Source: Symbiobacterium thermophilum (GTDB lineage Bacteria; Bacillota; Sulfobacillia; UBA995). From it: a stretch of 64,000 nucleotides of DNA. The stretch spans positions 1,324 to 65,323 of the forward strand of contig DYFO01000003.1 of NCBI GenBank assembly GCA_020725145.1, in the 5' to 3' direction. This document shows, piece after piece, positions 10,735 through 19,579 of this stretch; position 1 is the first letter of the stretch; the number at the start of each line of letters is the position of its first letter. The translations under genes were made by a program, and so were the position numbers. Below the pieces are notes generated by a model. The model searched no databases. It had not been told where the DNA came from and saw only the letters and a program-made list of their open reading frames with translations.

Positions 10735-11754
10735 ATGACCACCGACATCGGCATCGACCTCGGTACCGCCAGCATCAAGGTCTACGTCCGGGGAAAGGGC
10801 ATCGTCCTGCGCGAGCCGTCGGTCGTGGCGGTGGAGAAGGAAAGTCGTCGGGTGGTGGCCATCGGCGAGGAAGCCCGCCGGATGGTCGGGCGCACTCCCG
10901 GCAACATCGTCGCGCTTCGCCCCCTCCGCGAAGGGGTCATCGACGACTTCGACCTGACCTTACACATGCTCAAGCATTTCATCACCCGGGTGTGCGGCCG
11001 GGCAATGCTCATCCGCCCCCGGGTGGTGATCTGCGTCCCCTCGGGGGTGACGTCCGTCGAACGGCGGGCGGTGGTGGAGGCCGCCGGTCAGGCCGGTGCC
11101 CGCCGTACTTACCTGATCGAGGAACCGCTGGCCGCCGCGCTGGGTGCCGGCATCGACATCTCTCCCCCCTCCGGGTCGTTGGTGGTGGACATAGGTGGAG
11201 GAACCACCGACGTCGCCGTGCTGTCGCTGGGCGGCATCGTGCACAGCGCCTCCATACGGGTGGGCGGTGACCGCTGTGACGAATCGCTCATCCGCCACGT
11301 GCGCCGCGAGCACAACCTGCTGATCGGCGAGCGCACCGCGGAGGAACTGAAGATCCAGGTCGCCACCGCCTACCCCGAAGGCCGCCGGCTGGACATGGAA
11401 GTGCGGGGAAGGGACCTCGTCTCGGGCCTCCCGCGCACGGTGGTGATGGGTTCCGAGGAGTGCCGTCTGGCCCTGGAGGAGGCCTTGCAGGCCATCGCCA
11501 CCGCCGTCCGTGGCGTGCTGGAAGCCACGCCGCCGGAACTGGCCGCCGACATCGTGGACCGGGGGATGATGCTCACGGGGGGAGGGGCCCTGCTGCACGG
11601 CCTGGACCGCTTCCTGGCCGACGCCACCGGCGTGGGCGCCCTGGTTGCCGAAGACCCGATATCCTGTGTGGCGCTGGGCACCGGCAAGGCTCTGGAGTCG
11701 CCGCACATCCTGCAAAGCCTGGCTACCGACCGCCGGGTGCTGGGAGCGGGCTGA
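10735..11754 (+). CDS. mbl: MreB/Mbl rod-shape determining actin homologue
   Basis: Actin-like ATPase motifs ([23 protein letters not shown]). ATG at 10735. The track ORF from 10642 carries a spurious leader. Confidence 0.9.
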   Translation: MTTDIGIDLGTASIKVYVRGKGIVLREPSVVAVEKESRRVVAIGEEARRMVGRTPGNIVALRPLREGVIDDFDLTLHMLKHFITRVCGRAMLIRPRVVICVPSGVTSVERRAVVEAAGQAGARRTYLIEEPLAAALGAGIDISPPSGSLVVDIGGGTTDVAVLSLGGIVHSASIRVGGDRCDESLIRHVRREHNLLIGERTAEELKIQVATAYPEGRRLDMEVRGRDLVSGLPRTVVMGSEECRLALEEALQAIATAVRGVLEATPPELAADIVDRGMMLTGGGALLHGLDRFLADATGVGALVAEDPISCVALGTGKALESPHILQSLATDRRVLGAG

Positions 11755-11764
11755 GGAGGTACGC

Positions 11765-12193
11765 ATGCTGAAAGCCGACGCCATCATCGCGATCCTGCCC
11801 CACCGTTACCCTTTCCTTCTGGTGGACCGCATCGAGGAACTGGACCCGGGCCGGCGCGCGGTGGGCCTCAAAAACGTGACCCTCAACGAGCCATACTTCC
11901 AGGGCCACTTCCCGGGCAACCCGGTGATGCCGGGGGTGCTCATCCTCGAAGCCCTTGCCCAGGTGGGGGCGGTGGCCCTGCTAACCGAAGAGGCCAACCG
12001 CGGCAAGCTCGGCCTGCTGACCGGTATCGACCGTGCCCGCTTCCGCCGCATGGTTCGACCCGGTGACAGCCTGCGCCTCGAAGTGGAGCTCGTCCAGCGC
12101 CGGGGGCCCATGGGCAAGGCCGCCGGCCGTGCCCGGGTGGGCGATGAGCTGGCCGCGGAGGCGGAGATCCTCTTCGCGCTGGCCGACGGTTAG
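11765..12193 (+). CDS. fabZ: 3-hydroxyacyl-ACP dehydratase
   Basis: FabZ hot-dog motifs ([35 protein letters not shown]). ATG at 11765. Confidence 0.9.
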   Translation: MLKADAIIAILPHRYPFLLVDRIEELDPGRRAVGLKNVTLNEPYFQGHFPGNPVMPGVLILEALAQVGAVALLTEEANRGKLGLLTGIDRARFRRMVRPGDSLRLEVELVQRRGPMGKAAGRARVGDELAAEAEILFALADG

Positions 12194-12295
12194 GCTCCGC
12201 AGAGCTCCTCCCACCGCCGCCTGGAAGCGGGCCGTGGAATGCGGTATATTCAGCTTGAAAGCCCTGCGCGTCTGATACGATCCCGGGGGTGTGGG

Positions 12296-12694
12296 ATGCG
12301 GGAGGAAAGCCGACGCTGGCTCAGGCAGGCAAGGGCAGATCTCGAGGTGGCGCGGGCGCTGGGACACGGCCACTACTTCGTAGGGGCGTTCGCGTGCCAC
12401 CAGGCGGCGGAGAAGGCGATGAAAGCCGCTTGCATCGAGCTCCACCGGACCTTGCCGCCGAAAACCCACAACCTGTTGGAGCTGGCCAGGGAGCTCAGGG
12501 CTCCAGAGGAAGTGCTGAGCGATCTGCGATTGATCAACCCCGAGTACGTGGCGGCCCGGTATCCGGACGCAGCTAACGGTATACCCGCCGAGATGTACGA
12601 CGAGCGAAAGGCAAGGCTGCTGCTTGAGGCAGCTGAAAGGGTATGGCGATGGGTCATCTCGGCATCGACTGGCAAGCACTTGAACGCTTTCTGA
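12296..12694 (+). CDS. HEPN domain protein (toxin component of a HEPN/MNT pair)
   Basis: HEPN fold signature (FACHQAAEKAMKAACIEL ... KTHNLLELAREL). Lower GC than its neighbours. Confidence 0.7.
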   Translation: MREESRRWLRQARADLEVARALGHGHYFVGAFACHQAAEKAMKAACIELHRTLPPKTHNLLELARELRAPEEVLSDLRLINPEYVAARYPDAANGIPAEMYDERKARLLLEAAERVWRWVISASTGKHLNAF

Positions 12695-12999
12695 TACGGG
12701 TTCAGGCACGCTTTCCTCTGACGCGGGCGCTCCTTTACGGTTCGCGGGCAAGAGGCGACGAACTGACCTGCAGCGACTACGACCTGGTGCTGGTCTCCGA
12801 AGCCTTCTCGCCCTTGGGGTGGGCCGAACGCATGGTGGAGGTGTCCGGGCTCTGGGACCTGGATGTAGGCCTGGAGGCGCTCTGCTACACGCCGGAGGAA
12901 TTCGCACGTAAGGTTGAGGAGATCGGCACGGTACGTGAAGCCGCCCGTGGGGGCCGCGACCTGATGCCGTGCCTCGGAAGACCCGTCGGTGAGCCTTGA
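12643..12999 (+). CDS. minimal nucleotidyltransferase (MNT antitoxin-type, Pol-beta superfamily)
   Basis: GS...DxD motif (LYGSRARGDELTCSDYDLVLV). Overlaps the HEPN gene end. Confidence 0.7.
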   Translation: MAMGHLGIDWQALERFLIRVQARFPLTRALLYGSRARGDELTCSDYDLVLVSEAFSPLGWAERMVEVSGLWDLDVGLEALCYTPEEFARKVEEIGTVREAARGGRDLMPCLGRPVGEP

Positions 13000-13051
13000 C
13001 GGTCTTGTCCGCCCGGTGTTATCCTTGTCCTGACAACCGCATACGGAACCA

Positions 13052-13190
13052 CTCTCTTATCAAGAGCGGGGCGAGGGACTGGCCTGACGACCCCCCGGCA
13101 ACCGGCCGCATGACGGCAACGGTGCCAAGTCCAGCAGAAAGTGGTTATTGGGGCGCGAGCCCACAATTTCCAGTTCTGGAAGATGAGAGG
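13052..13190 (+). promoter_or_regulatory. SAM-I (S-box) riboswitch aptamer
   Basis: P1 halves CTCTTATCAAGAG ... GATGAGAGG. Core has GAGGGACTGGCC, a kink-turn, CCCGGCAACC and GGTGCCAAGTCC in canonical order. Confidence 0.85.
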
Positions 13191-13199
13191 ATGTGCCTC

Positions 13200-13232
13200 G
13201 ATCTCCTCCAGGGTTGGAGGAGATTTCTTTTT
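13200..13232 (+). terminator. riboswitch expression-platform intrinsic terminator
   Basis: Perfect hairpin ATCTCCTCCA-GGGT-TGGAGGAGAT followed by TTCTTTTT. Its 5' arm can alternatively pair with the aptamer 3' strand to form an anti-terminator. Confidence 0.8.
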
Positions 13233-13251
13233 CGGAAGAGGAGGTGGCGGC

Positions 13252-14307
13252 GTGAGCTTCCGGCCGGCGATGCTTCCCACCTGCATCGGCAGCTTCCCGC
13301 ACCGGGACGCCGGGGCGGCGCTGGCGCTGGTACGTCGCCACCTGCCGGAATGCCCCTGCTGGCCACAGCTGCCCCGGCGGAGCCGGCTCGAGCAGATGGC
13401 GGCGCAGTTCAGCGAGGACATACCCGGACTGGTGTGGGAAGACGAGGACCTGCGCTTCGATCCGGGGGCCGACCTGATGGCCGGAGGCGAAGGCATCTAC
13501 CGTCGTTACCTTGAGGGCCCCATGGCCGAGCTGCCGGTGTCCCGGCGGCGCGCAGAGGGCCTGTACGCGCTGGCCGACGACCCGGCGATCGCCGCAGGCG
13601 CGGTGCTGGTGAAGGGACAGATCACGGGCCCGCTGACGCTCGGGTTGGCGATCGTCGACCGAGACGGCAATCCCCTCCTTTACCGCGACGACCTCATGGA
13701 CCTCGTGGTCAAGGTGCTGGCGATGCGGGCCCGCTGGCAGGAGCGTTTCCTCGCCCGACTGCACCCGCGCACGCTCATCGCGGTCGACGAACCCGCCCTC
13801 GCCACCTACGGCTCGGGGTTCTTCGGCTACGACCGCCGGTTGGCGGCGGAGCGCCTCGGCGAGGTGCTCGGGGCGGTATCGGGCCTGCGGGCGGTGCATT
13901 GCTGTGCCAACACCGACTGGTCGGTGGTGCTCGCCACCCCTTTGGAGGTGCTGTCGTTCGACGCCTGGGGGTTCGCGCGCCACCTGGCGCTTTACGCCGA
14001 TGAGGTGGGTGCCTTCCTCGAGCGCGGGGGCATGCTGGCATGGGGGATCGTCCCCGCGGGACCCGAGGCGGCCGCCGCTCAGGTACCGGAACTGGTCGAC
14101 CGCCTGGAGGAGGGCATCGAGCTCCTGGCCGCCCGCGGTGTGGACCGCAGGATGCTCTTGGAGCAGGCTTTCGTTACCCCGTCCTGTGGGCTGGGCTCGC
14201 TGGACGAGGTGACCGCCGCCAGGGCCCTGGAGCTCACCCGGCGCGTGTCAGAGTCGATGTGGGAGAGGCACCGGCTGGCCCCGCCGGGCCGACGAAGGGA
14301 GGCTTGA
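13252..14307 (+). CDS. cobalamin-independent methionine synthase family protein (MetE C-terminal-domain-like, short form)
   Basis: PTxxIGSFPR-like motif (LPTCIGSFPHRD). Candidate Zn ligands are HCC and TPSCGLGS. GTG at 13252 follows SD GGAGGTGG. The track ORF start at 13141 lies inside the riboswitch. Confidence 0.65.
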   Translation: MSFRPAMLPTCIGSFPHRDAGAALALVRRHLPECPCWPQLPRRSRLEQMAAQFSEDIPGLVWEDEDLRFDPGADLMAGGEGIYRRYLEGPMAELPVSRRRAEGLYALADDPAIAAGAVLVKGQITGPLTLGLAIVDRDGNPLLYRDDLMDLVVKVLAMRARWQERFLARLHPRTLIAVDEPALATYGSGFFGYDRRLAAERLGEVLGAVSGLRAVHCCANTDWSVVLATPLEVLSFDAWGFARHLALYADEVGAFLERGGMLAWGIVPAGPEAAAAQVPELVDRLEEGIELLAARGVDRRMLLEQAFVTPSCGLGSLDEVTAARALELTRRVSESMWERHRLAPPGRRREA

Positions 14308-14313
14308 ACCCGG

Positions 14314-15567
14314 ATGCAGGAACGCACAGTCTTCACCGCGGAGTCGGTCACCGAAGGCCATCCCGACAAGATGGCCGACCAGATCTCCGACGCCATCCTG
14401 GACGCCATCATCGCCCAGGACCCCGATGCCCGGGTCGCCTGCGAGACCCTCATCACCCGCGGTCTGGTGCTGGTGGCGGGCGAGATCACCACCAGCGCCT
14501 ATGCCGACATACGTCAGGTGATCCGCAAGACCGTCACCGAGATCGGCTACGTGCGGGCCAAGTACGGCTTCGATGCCGACACCTGCGCGGTGTTGACGGC
14601 CATCGACCCGCAATCGCCCGACATCGCCATCGGCGTGGACCGCTCGCTGGAGTCAAGAGACCGCGAGGCAACGACCGACCCCCTGGCACGGCTGGGAGCG
14701 GGTGACCAGGGGATGATGTACGGATTCGCCTGCCGTGAGACGCCCGAGCTGATGCCGCTGCCGATCGCCCTCGCCCACCGCCTGGCACGTCGCCTGGCGC
14801 AGGCGCGGAAGGAGCACCTGCTGCCTTACCTCCGGCCTGACGGCAAGACCCAGGTCAGCGTGGAATACCGCGATCGACGGCCCTACCGTGTCACCACCGT
14901 GGTGGTTTCGGCCCAGCACAAGCCCACCGTGCCGCTGGAGCAGTTGCGCGCCGAGATCAAGGAAGCGGTGATCGACCAGGTCATCCCGCGGTCGCTGACC
15001 GATGAACGCACCCGCTATCTCATCAACCCTACCGGTCGCTTCGTGGTCGGTGGACCCCAGGGAGACACGGGACTGACCGGACGCAAGATCATCGTCGACA
15101 CCTACGGGGGTTACGCGCGGCACGGGGGGGGATGTTTCTCCGGCAAGGACCCGACCAAGGTCGACCGCTCGGGGGCCTACGCCGCCCGCTGGGTGGCGGC
15201 CAACGTGGTGGCGGCCGGGCTGGCCGACGTCTTTGAGCTCAAACTGGCCTACGCCATCGGCGTTGCCCGGCCGGTGTCCATTTCCGGCGACAGCTTCGGC
15301 ACCGGCCGCATTCCCGATTCCCGCATCGTCGAGCTGATCGAGCGCCATTTCGACCTCACTCCGGGAGGCATCATCCGCGACCTTGACCTGTGGCGGCCCA
15401 TCTACCGTCCCACTGCCTGCTACGGGCATTTCGGGCGGCCGGACCTCGATCTTCCCTGGGAGCGTGCCGATCGGGCCCAGCTGCTCCGGCGGGCCGCGGG
15501 TCTTGAGGGATCGCCTCCTGCGTCTCCGGGTTTGCCGGGAGAGACGGCAGCGTCAAGCCCGGGCTGA
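14314..15567 (+). CDS. metK: S-adenosylmethionine synthetase
   Basis: MetK signature ([32 protein letters not shown]). Lies in one transcription unit downstream of the S-box. Confidence 0.95.
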   Translation: MQERTVFTAESVTEGHPDKMADQISDAILDAIIAQDPDARVACETLITRGLVLVAGEITTSAYADIRQVIRKTVTEIGYVRAKYGFDADTCAVLTAIDPQSPDIAIGVDRSLESRDREATTDPLARLGAGDQGMMYGFACRETPELMPLPIALAHRLARRLAQARKEHLLPYLRPDGKTQVSVEYRDRRPYRVTTVVVSAQHKPTVPLEQLRAEIKEAVIDQVIPRSLTDERTRYLINPTGRFVVGGPQGDTGLTGRKIIVDTYGGYARHGGGCFSGKDPTKVDRSGAYAARWVAANVVAAGLADVFELKLAYAIGVARPVSISGDSFGTGRIPDSRIVELIERHFDLTPGGIIRDLDLWRPIYRPTACYGHFGRPDLDLPWERADRAQLLRRAAGLEGSPPASPGLPGETAASSPG

Positions 15568-15616
15568 GGTCACCTCCCGCCCGGCCCTCATATCATGAAC
15601 GCGGGGGGACGGCGGC

Positions 15617-16084
15617 GTGACGGGGCGCGAGTCCTGGCTGTTGGTGGCTTTGCTGGGCCTGGCGGCTGCCGGATGCCTGCTGGCGCGGGTCGTGAACCGG
15701 CAGGGTGACGGCCGCCGGGCTTCTTCGGTGAGCCTGCTCATCGTGCTGCGGGACGCCGCCCCATGGGTCGAGGGTCTGGTAAGGGAACTTGTGCGCCTGC
15801 ACTCCCCGTGGGTCCGAGAGCTGGTGGTGGTGGACGACGGCTCCGGTGACGATACGCCGCTCATCCTGGAGCGCCTGCGCCCGTATGCTCCATGGCTGAA
15901 GGTAGTGCTGCGCCGCCCGGGGCAAGCGTCGGCGACCGAGCTCGGATTGGCGAGCTGCAGCTCCCCGCTGGTACTGATGGCCCACCCGCGGCTTGCCGAC
16001 GCGCCACGGGTGATGCTGCGGGCGGTCCGGCCGTGGCTTGCCTGCGCGGACACTCCGCTGGAGGAGAAGCAGCCGGGGCAGTAG
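15617..16084 (+). CDS. truncated glycosyltransferase family 2-like protein with an N-terminal TM segment
   Basis: GT2 N-terminal region only (SLLIVLRDAAP ... ELVVVDDGSGDDT), about 155 aa. High GC3, so probably translated. Confidence 0.5.
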   Translation: MTGRESWLLVALLGLAAAGCLLARVVNRQGDGRRASSVSLLIVLRDAAPWVEGLVRELVRLHSPWVRELVVVDDGSGDDTPLILERLRPYAPWLKVVLRRPGQASATELGLASCSSPLVLMAHPRLADAPRVMLRAVRPWLACADTPLEEKQPGQ

Positions 16085-16110
16085 AAACTGGTGCCCGGGA
16101 CGGTGGTCTT

Positions 16111-18363
16111 TTGCCGGAGACCATCAGGGGCATCGTCGAGCGCATCACCTACCACAACCCCGAGAACCACTACACGGTGGTCCGCATACTGCCCGCGGGC
16201 TCCACCGTGTCGTCGCGCCGCCGCGGAGCCCTCGAGGAGAACCTCGTGACCGCGGTCGGGTACTTCCCGGCCCTCAACGTGGGGGAGTCACTGCGCCTGT
16301 TCGGCGAGTGGGTCGTCCACCCCGAGTACGGACGGCAGTTCCGGGCCGATTCCCACGAGCTGATCCTCCCCACCACCGTCCAGGGTATCGAGAGGTACCT
16401 GGGGTCGGGGATGATCCGGGGGGTGGGGCCGGTGACCGCCTCCCGGCTGGTGGCCGCCTTCGGTGAGAGGACGCTGGAGATCATCGAGCACCATCCCGAG
16501 CGCCTGACCGAGGTGGAGGGGATCGGCCCCGTGCGGGCCGAGGTCATCTCGCGGTCGCTGGCCGAGCACAAGGACATCCGTGAGATCATGATGTTCCTGC
16601 AGTCTCACGGGGTCACCCCCGGCTACGCCGCCCGTATCCATCGTCACTACGGTCGCCAGACGGTGGCCGTCATCCGTGAGAATCCCTACCGGCTGGCGGA
16701 GGAAGTCTTCGGCATCGGCTTCCGCACCGCCGACCGCATCGCCCACAGCCTCGGCATCCAACCCACCTCGCCCTACCGGGTGCGGGCGGGCATCCGGCAC
16801 CTCCTGGCCGAGGGCTCCACCGAGGGTCACGTGTACCTCCCCCGGGAAGCCCTCGTGGAGCGGGCGGCGTCCGTCCTGGAGGTCGAGCCGGAACTGGTGG
16901 AGGCCAATCTGGACGCGCTCGCCGCCGACCGCGAGGTGGTGGTGGAGCACCCCGAGCCCTCGCCGTGGCCCCGGGAGGCCGATTCCGGCGCCGCCGTCTA
17001 CCTTACCCACCTGTACCGGGCGGAAACGGTGGTGGCGGAGAGACTGGCCGGACTGCTCGCCGAGCGGCCGCTGTTCGCCGACCCCGTCGAGCTGCAAAGC
17101 GAGATGCGGCGTCTTGCCGAGGCCGCCGGACTGGAACTGGCCTCCGAGCAGGTGGAGGCGGTTACGCTGGCCACCGTCTCGGGGGTGGTGGTGATCACCG
17201 GTGGACCCGGTACCGGCAAGACCACCGCCATCAACTGCCTCATCCGGCTCTTCGAGGGCAGGGGGTTGCGCACCCTGCTGGCCGCGCCCACCGGACGGGC
17301 GGCCCGTCGGCTGGCCGAGACCACCGGGCGCGAGGCCCGCACCATCCACCGTCTGCTGGAGTACGGCTATTCCCCCGAGACCTTCACCCTCAGCTTCGGG
17401 CGCGACGCCGACAACCCTCTTGACGCCGACGCGGTGATCGTGGATGAGGCTTCCATGGTAGACCTGCCTCTCTTCCAGCACTTGCTTCTGGCCGTTCGAC
17501 CGGGTACCCGCCTGGTGCTGGTGGGTGACGTGGATCAGCTCCCCCCGGTGGGCCCGGGGAACGTGCTGCGTGACGTCATTCGGTCCGGCGTGGTACCGGT
17601 GGTGCGGTTGACCGAGATCTTTCGGCAGGCGCGCGAGAGCTTCATCGTGCTCAACGCCCACCGCGTGAACCGCGGCGAGATGCCGTTGCTTAACGAAAAG
17701 ACAGGGGACTTCTTCTTCCTGCACCGCGAAGGCCCGGAGGTCATCCTCGAGGAGATCGTCAATCTGTGTGCCCGCCGGCTGCCGGAACGCGCGGGCCTGG
17801 ATCCCGTGGCCGACGTACAGGTGCTGTCGCCCATGCGCAGGACGCCGATCGGCGTGGACAACCTGAACCTTGAGCTGCAACGGGTACTCAACCCTCCCCG
17901 GCCCGGCCTTCCCGAGCTACCCCACGGTGGTACCGTCTACCGCCTCGGGGACAAGGTGATGCAGATCCGCAACAACTACGAGAAGGGCGTTTTCAACGGC
18001 GACATCGGCCAGGTGGTCGAGGTGGACCTGGAGGAGGGACAGCTGGCGGTGGCGTTCCCCGACGCGGCCGGGGTTCGCGAGGTACGCTACGATCGCGGCG
18101 ATCTCGACGAGCTGGTGCTGTCTTATGCGGTGTCGGTCCACAAGAGCCAGGGCAGCGAGTACCCGGCGGTGGTGATGCCCGTGTCCACCCACCACTACGT
18201 CATGCTGCAACGCAACCTCCTTTACACCGGCATAACGCGCGCCCGCCGCCTGGTGGTGCTGGTGGGTAGCCCCCGGGCACTGGCCATCGCCGTCCGCAAC
18301 ACCCGGATCGACCTCCGCTGGTCGCGGCTGGCGGCGCGGCTGACCGCCAGCGTCGGCCGGTGA
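16111..18363 (+). CDS. recD2: ATP-dependent RecD-like DNA helicase (RecD2/YrrC)
   Basis: RecD2 N-terminal domain (IVERITYHNPENHYTVVRI), HhH region, Walker A (GGPGTGKTT) and SF1 helicase motifs. TTG at 16111 right after the upstream stop. Confidence 0.9.
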   Translation: MPETIRGIVERITYHNPENHYTVVRILPAGSTVSSRRRGALEENLVTAVGYFPALNVGESLRLFGEWVVHPEYGRQFRADSHELILPTTVQGIERYLGSGMIRGVGPVTASRLVAAFGERTLEIIEHHPERLTEVEGIGPVRAEVISRSLAEHKDIREIMMFLQSHGVTPGYAARIHRHYGRQTVAVIRENPYRLAEEVFGIGFRTADRIAHSLGIQPTSPYRVRAGIRHLLAEGSTEGHVYLPREALVERAASVLEVEPELVEANLDALAADREVVVEHPEPSPWPREADSGAAVYLTHLYRAETVVAERLAGLLAERPLFADPVELQSEMRRLAEAAGLELASEQVEAVTLATVSGVVVITGGPGTGKTTAINCLIRLFEGRGLRTLLAAPTGRAARRLAETTGREARTIHRLLEYGYSPETFTLSFGRDADNPLDADAVIVDEASMVDLPLFQHLLLAVRPGTRLVLVGDVDQLPPVGPGNVLRDVIRSGVVPVVRLTEIFRQARESFIVLNAHRVNRGEMPLLNEKTGDFFFLHREGPEVILEEIVNLCARRLPERAGLDPVADVQVLSPMRRTPIGVDNLNLELQRVLNPPRPGLPELPHGGTVYRLGDKVMQIRNNYEKGVFNGDIGQVVEVDLEEGQLAVAFPDAAGVREVRYDRGDLDELVLSYAVSVHKSQGSEYPAVVMPVSTHHYVMLQRNLLYTGITRARRLVVLVGSPRALAIAVRNTRIDLRWSRLAARLTASVGR

Positions 18364-19211
18364 GCCTGCAGGCCTTCCTCCGTGGGCTGCTGGACCTGGT
18401 CTACCCGCCCGGAGGCTGCCCGCTGTGTGGCCGTCCCTCCGACGGCCTGTGCTTACTCTGTCGCATGGAGCTTTGCTGGGTGCACGAGCCGCGCTGCACC
18501 CGCTGCAGCCGCCCGCTGGTCGCGCCTCCGGCCGGTCGCGGCGCCGGAGTGCTCCGGCTGAGCTCAGGTCTGTGCCCCGACTGCCTGCGCTCACCCGCCC
18601 GCTTCCGGCTGGTGCGGGCGCTGGGTCCGTACCGCGGCCGCCTCCGCGAAGCGGTGCGACGCCTCAAGTACGGCCGCGAAGTTCACCTGGCCGCTCCCCT
18701 GGGTGAAAGACTGGGACGGGAGGTGTTCGGCCAGCGGCACCGTTCGTGGTCGGACGGCAGAGGATTCGGGCTGGACGGGGAGTTTCACCTGGTGGTTCCG
18801 GTCCCGCTCCACCCCTCCCGCCTGGCGCGCCGCGGCTTCAACCAGGCCGCCCTGCTGGCCGCACCGGTGGCCGACGCGCTGGGTGTTCCCCACGCCCCCG
18901 GAGTCCTGCGCCGACTGCGTCACACCCCGGCCCAGGCGGGCCTGGGTCGCGCCCGGCGCCTCGCCAACCTCATCGGTGCCTTCGCCGCCGACCCGCACGC
19001 GGTGGGAGGGCGGACGGTGCTGCTCGTGGACGACGTGCTGACCACCGGCGCGACTGCTGCCGGCTGCACGCAGGCCCTGCTGGAGGCCGGGGCTTTTCGA
19101 GTCTACGTAGCGGTGCTGGGGGTGCGAGGCCGCGTCCGGATGGGCGTGGAAGGAATTCGGGCGTGGGGGTCGAATAAGGAGGATGGTCGCAATCCCCTTA
19201 TGTCAGGGTAG
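18360..19211 (+). CDS. comFC: ComF family protein (competence; phosphoribosyltransferase-like)
   Basis: N-terminal zinc finger (CPLCGR ... CLLC) and PRT motif (VLLVDDVLTTGAT). Overlaps the recD2 stop. Confidence 0.8.
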   Translation: MSLQAFLRGLLDLVYPPGGCPLCGRPSDGLCLLCRMELCWVHEPRCTRCSRPLVAPPAGRGAGVLRLSSGLCPDCLRSPARFRLVRALGPYRGRLREAVRRLKYGREVHLAAPLGERLGREVFGQRHRSWSDGRGFGLDGEFHLVVPVPLHPSRLARRGFNQAALLAAPVADALGVPHAPGVLRRLRHTPAQAGLGRARRLANLIGAFAADPHAVGGRTVLLVDDVLTTGATAAGCTQALLEAGAFRVYVAVLGVRGRVRMGVEGIRAWGSNKEDGRNPLMSG

Positions 19212-19216
19212 GTGCT

Positions 19217-19252
19217 GCGCGCGGGCCGGGGGAACCCGGCCCGCCGCCATTT
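19217..19252 (+). terminator. GC-rich hairpin terminator after comFC
   Basis: Perfect 10-bp stem GCGGGCCGGG-ggaa-CCCGGCCCGC, then a short T-containing tract. Confidence 0.5.
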
Positions 19253-19315
19253 GCCGACGAGCGGCGCCTGTTGCAGTCGACAACCCCATCGGAAGTCCGG
19301 CGACACCGTGCGACA

Positions 19316-19392
19316 CTCCACAGGGTTATCCCCAGGGCAAGCCCAGCGCAGCCGGCTTATCAACAAGGTTATCCACATAGTCCACAGGGTAA
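19316..19392 (+). promoter_or_regulatory. cluster of five DnaA-box-like 9-mers, same orientation
   Basis: Boxes TTATCCCCA at 19316, TTATCAACA at 19347, TTATCCACA at 19359 (perfect), TAGTCCACA at 19368 and GGATCCACA at 19384. Confidence 0.55.
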
Positions 19393-19579
19393 GGGATCCA
19401 CACGCGGCCGTCCGCACGCGGTGATTGTCGAACCAGGCTTCGACATGACAGGGGCCGGAGGCTTGCCTGCCCTGCGGCCCTTCTTGGCTCGGTCCGGGAG
19501 TCTGTCGCCGTCGTACTAGGCGAGGGCATCACAGGCCGGCGATACACCTTCGACCTACTTGTTGACGGCACACCGGCAT

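Noticed and set aside
12996-13250. N-terminal 37 codons of the track ORF 13141-14307
   Set aside because: This stretch is the SAM riboswitch and its terminator. The real start is the GTG at 13252 behind GGAGGTGG.
16288-17880. 530-aa minus-strand ORF antisense to recD2
   Set aside because: Lies entirely inside the recD2 coding region. Composition dominated by G, R, P, H. No motif.
19381-19440. tRNA-like T-loop resemblance (GGTTCGAC on the minus strand)
   Set aside because: No acceptor stem or CCA context, and no anticodon-arm structure. Scanning all intergenic regions found no GGTTCGAATCC or GGTTCAAATCC type T-loops.
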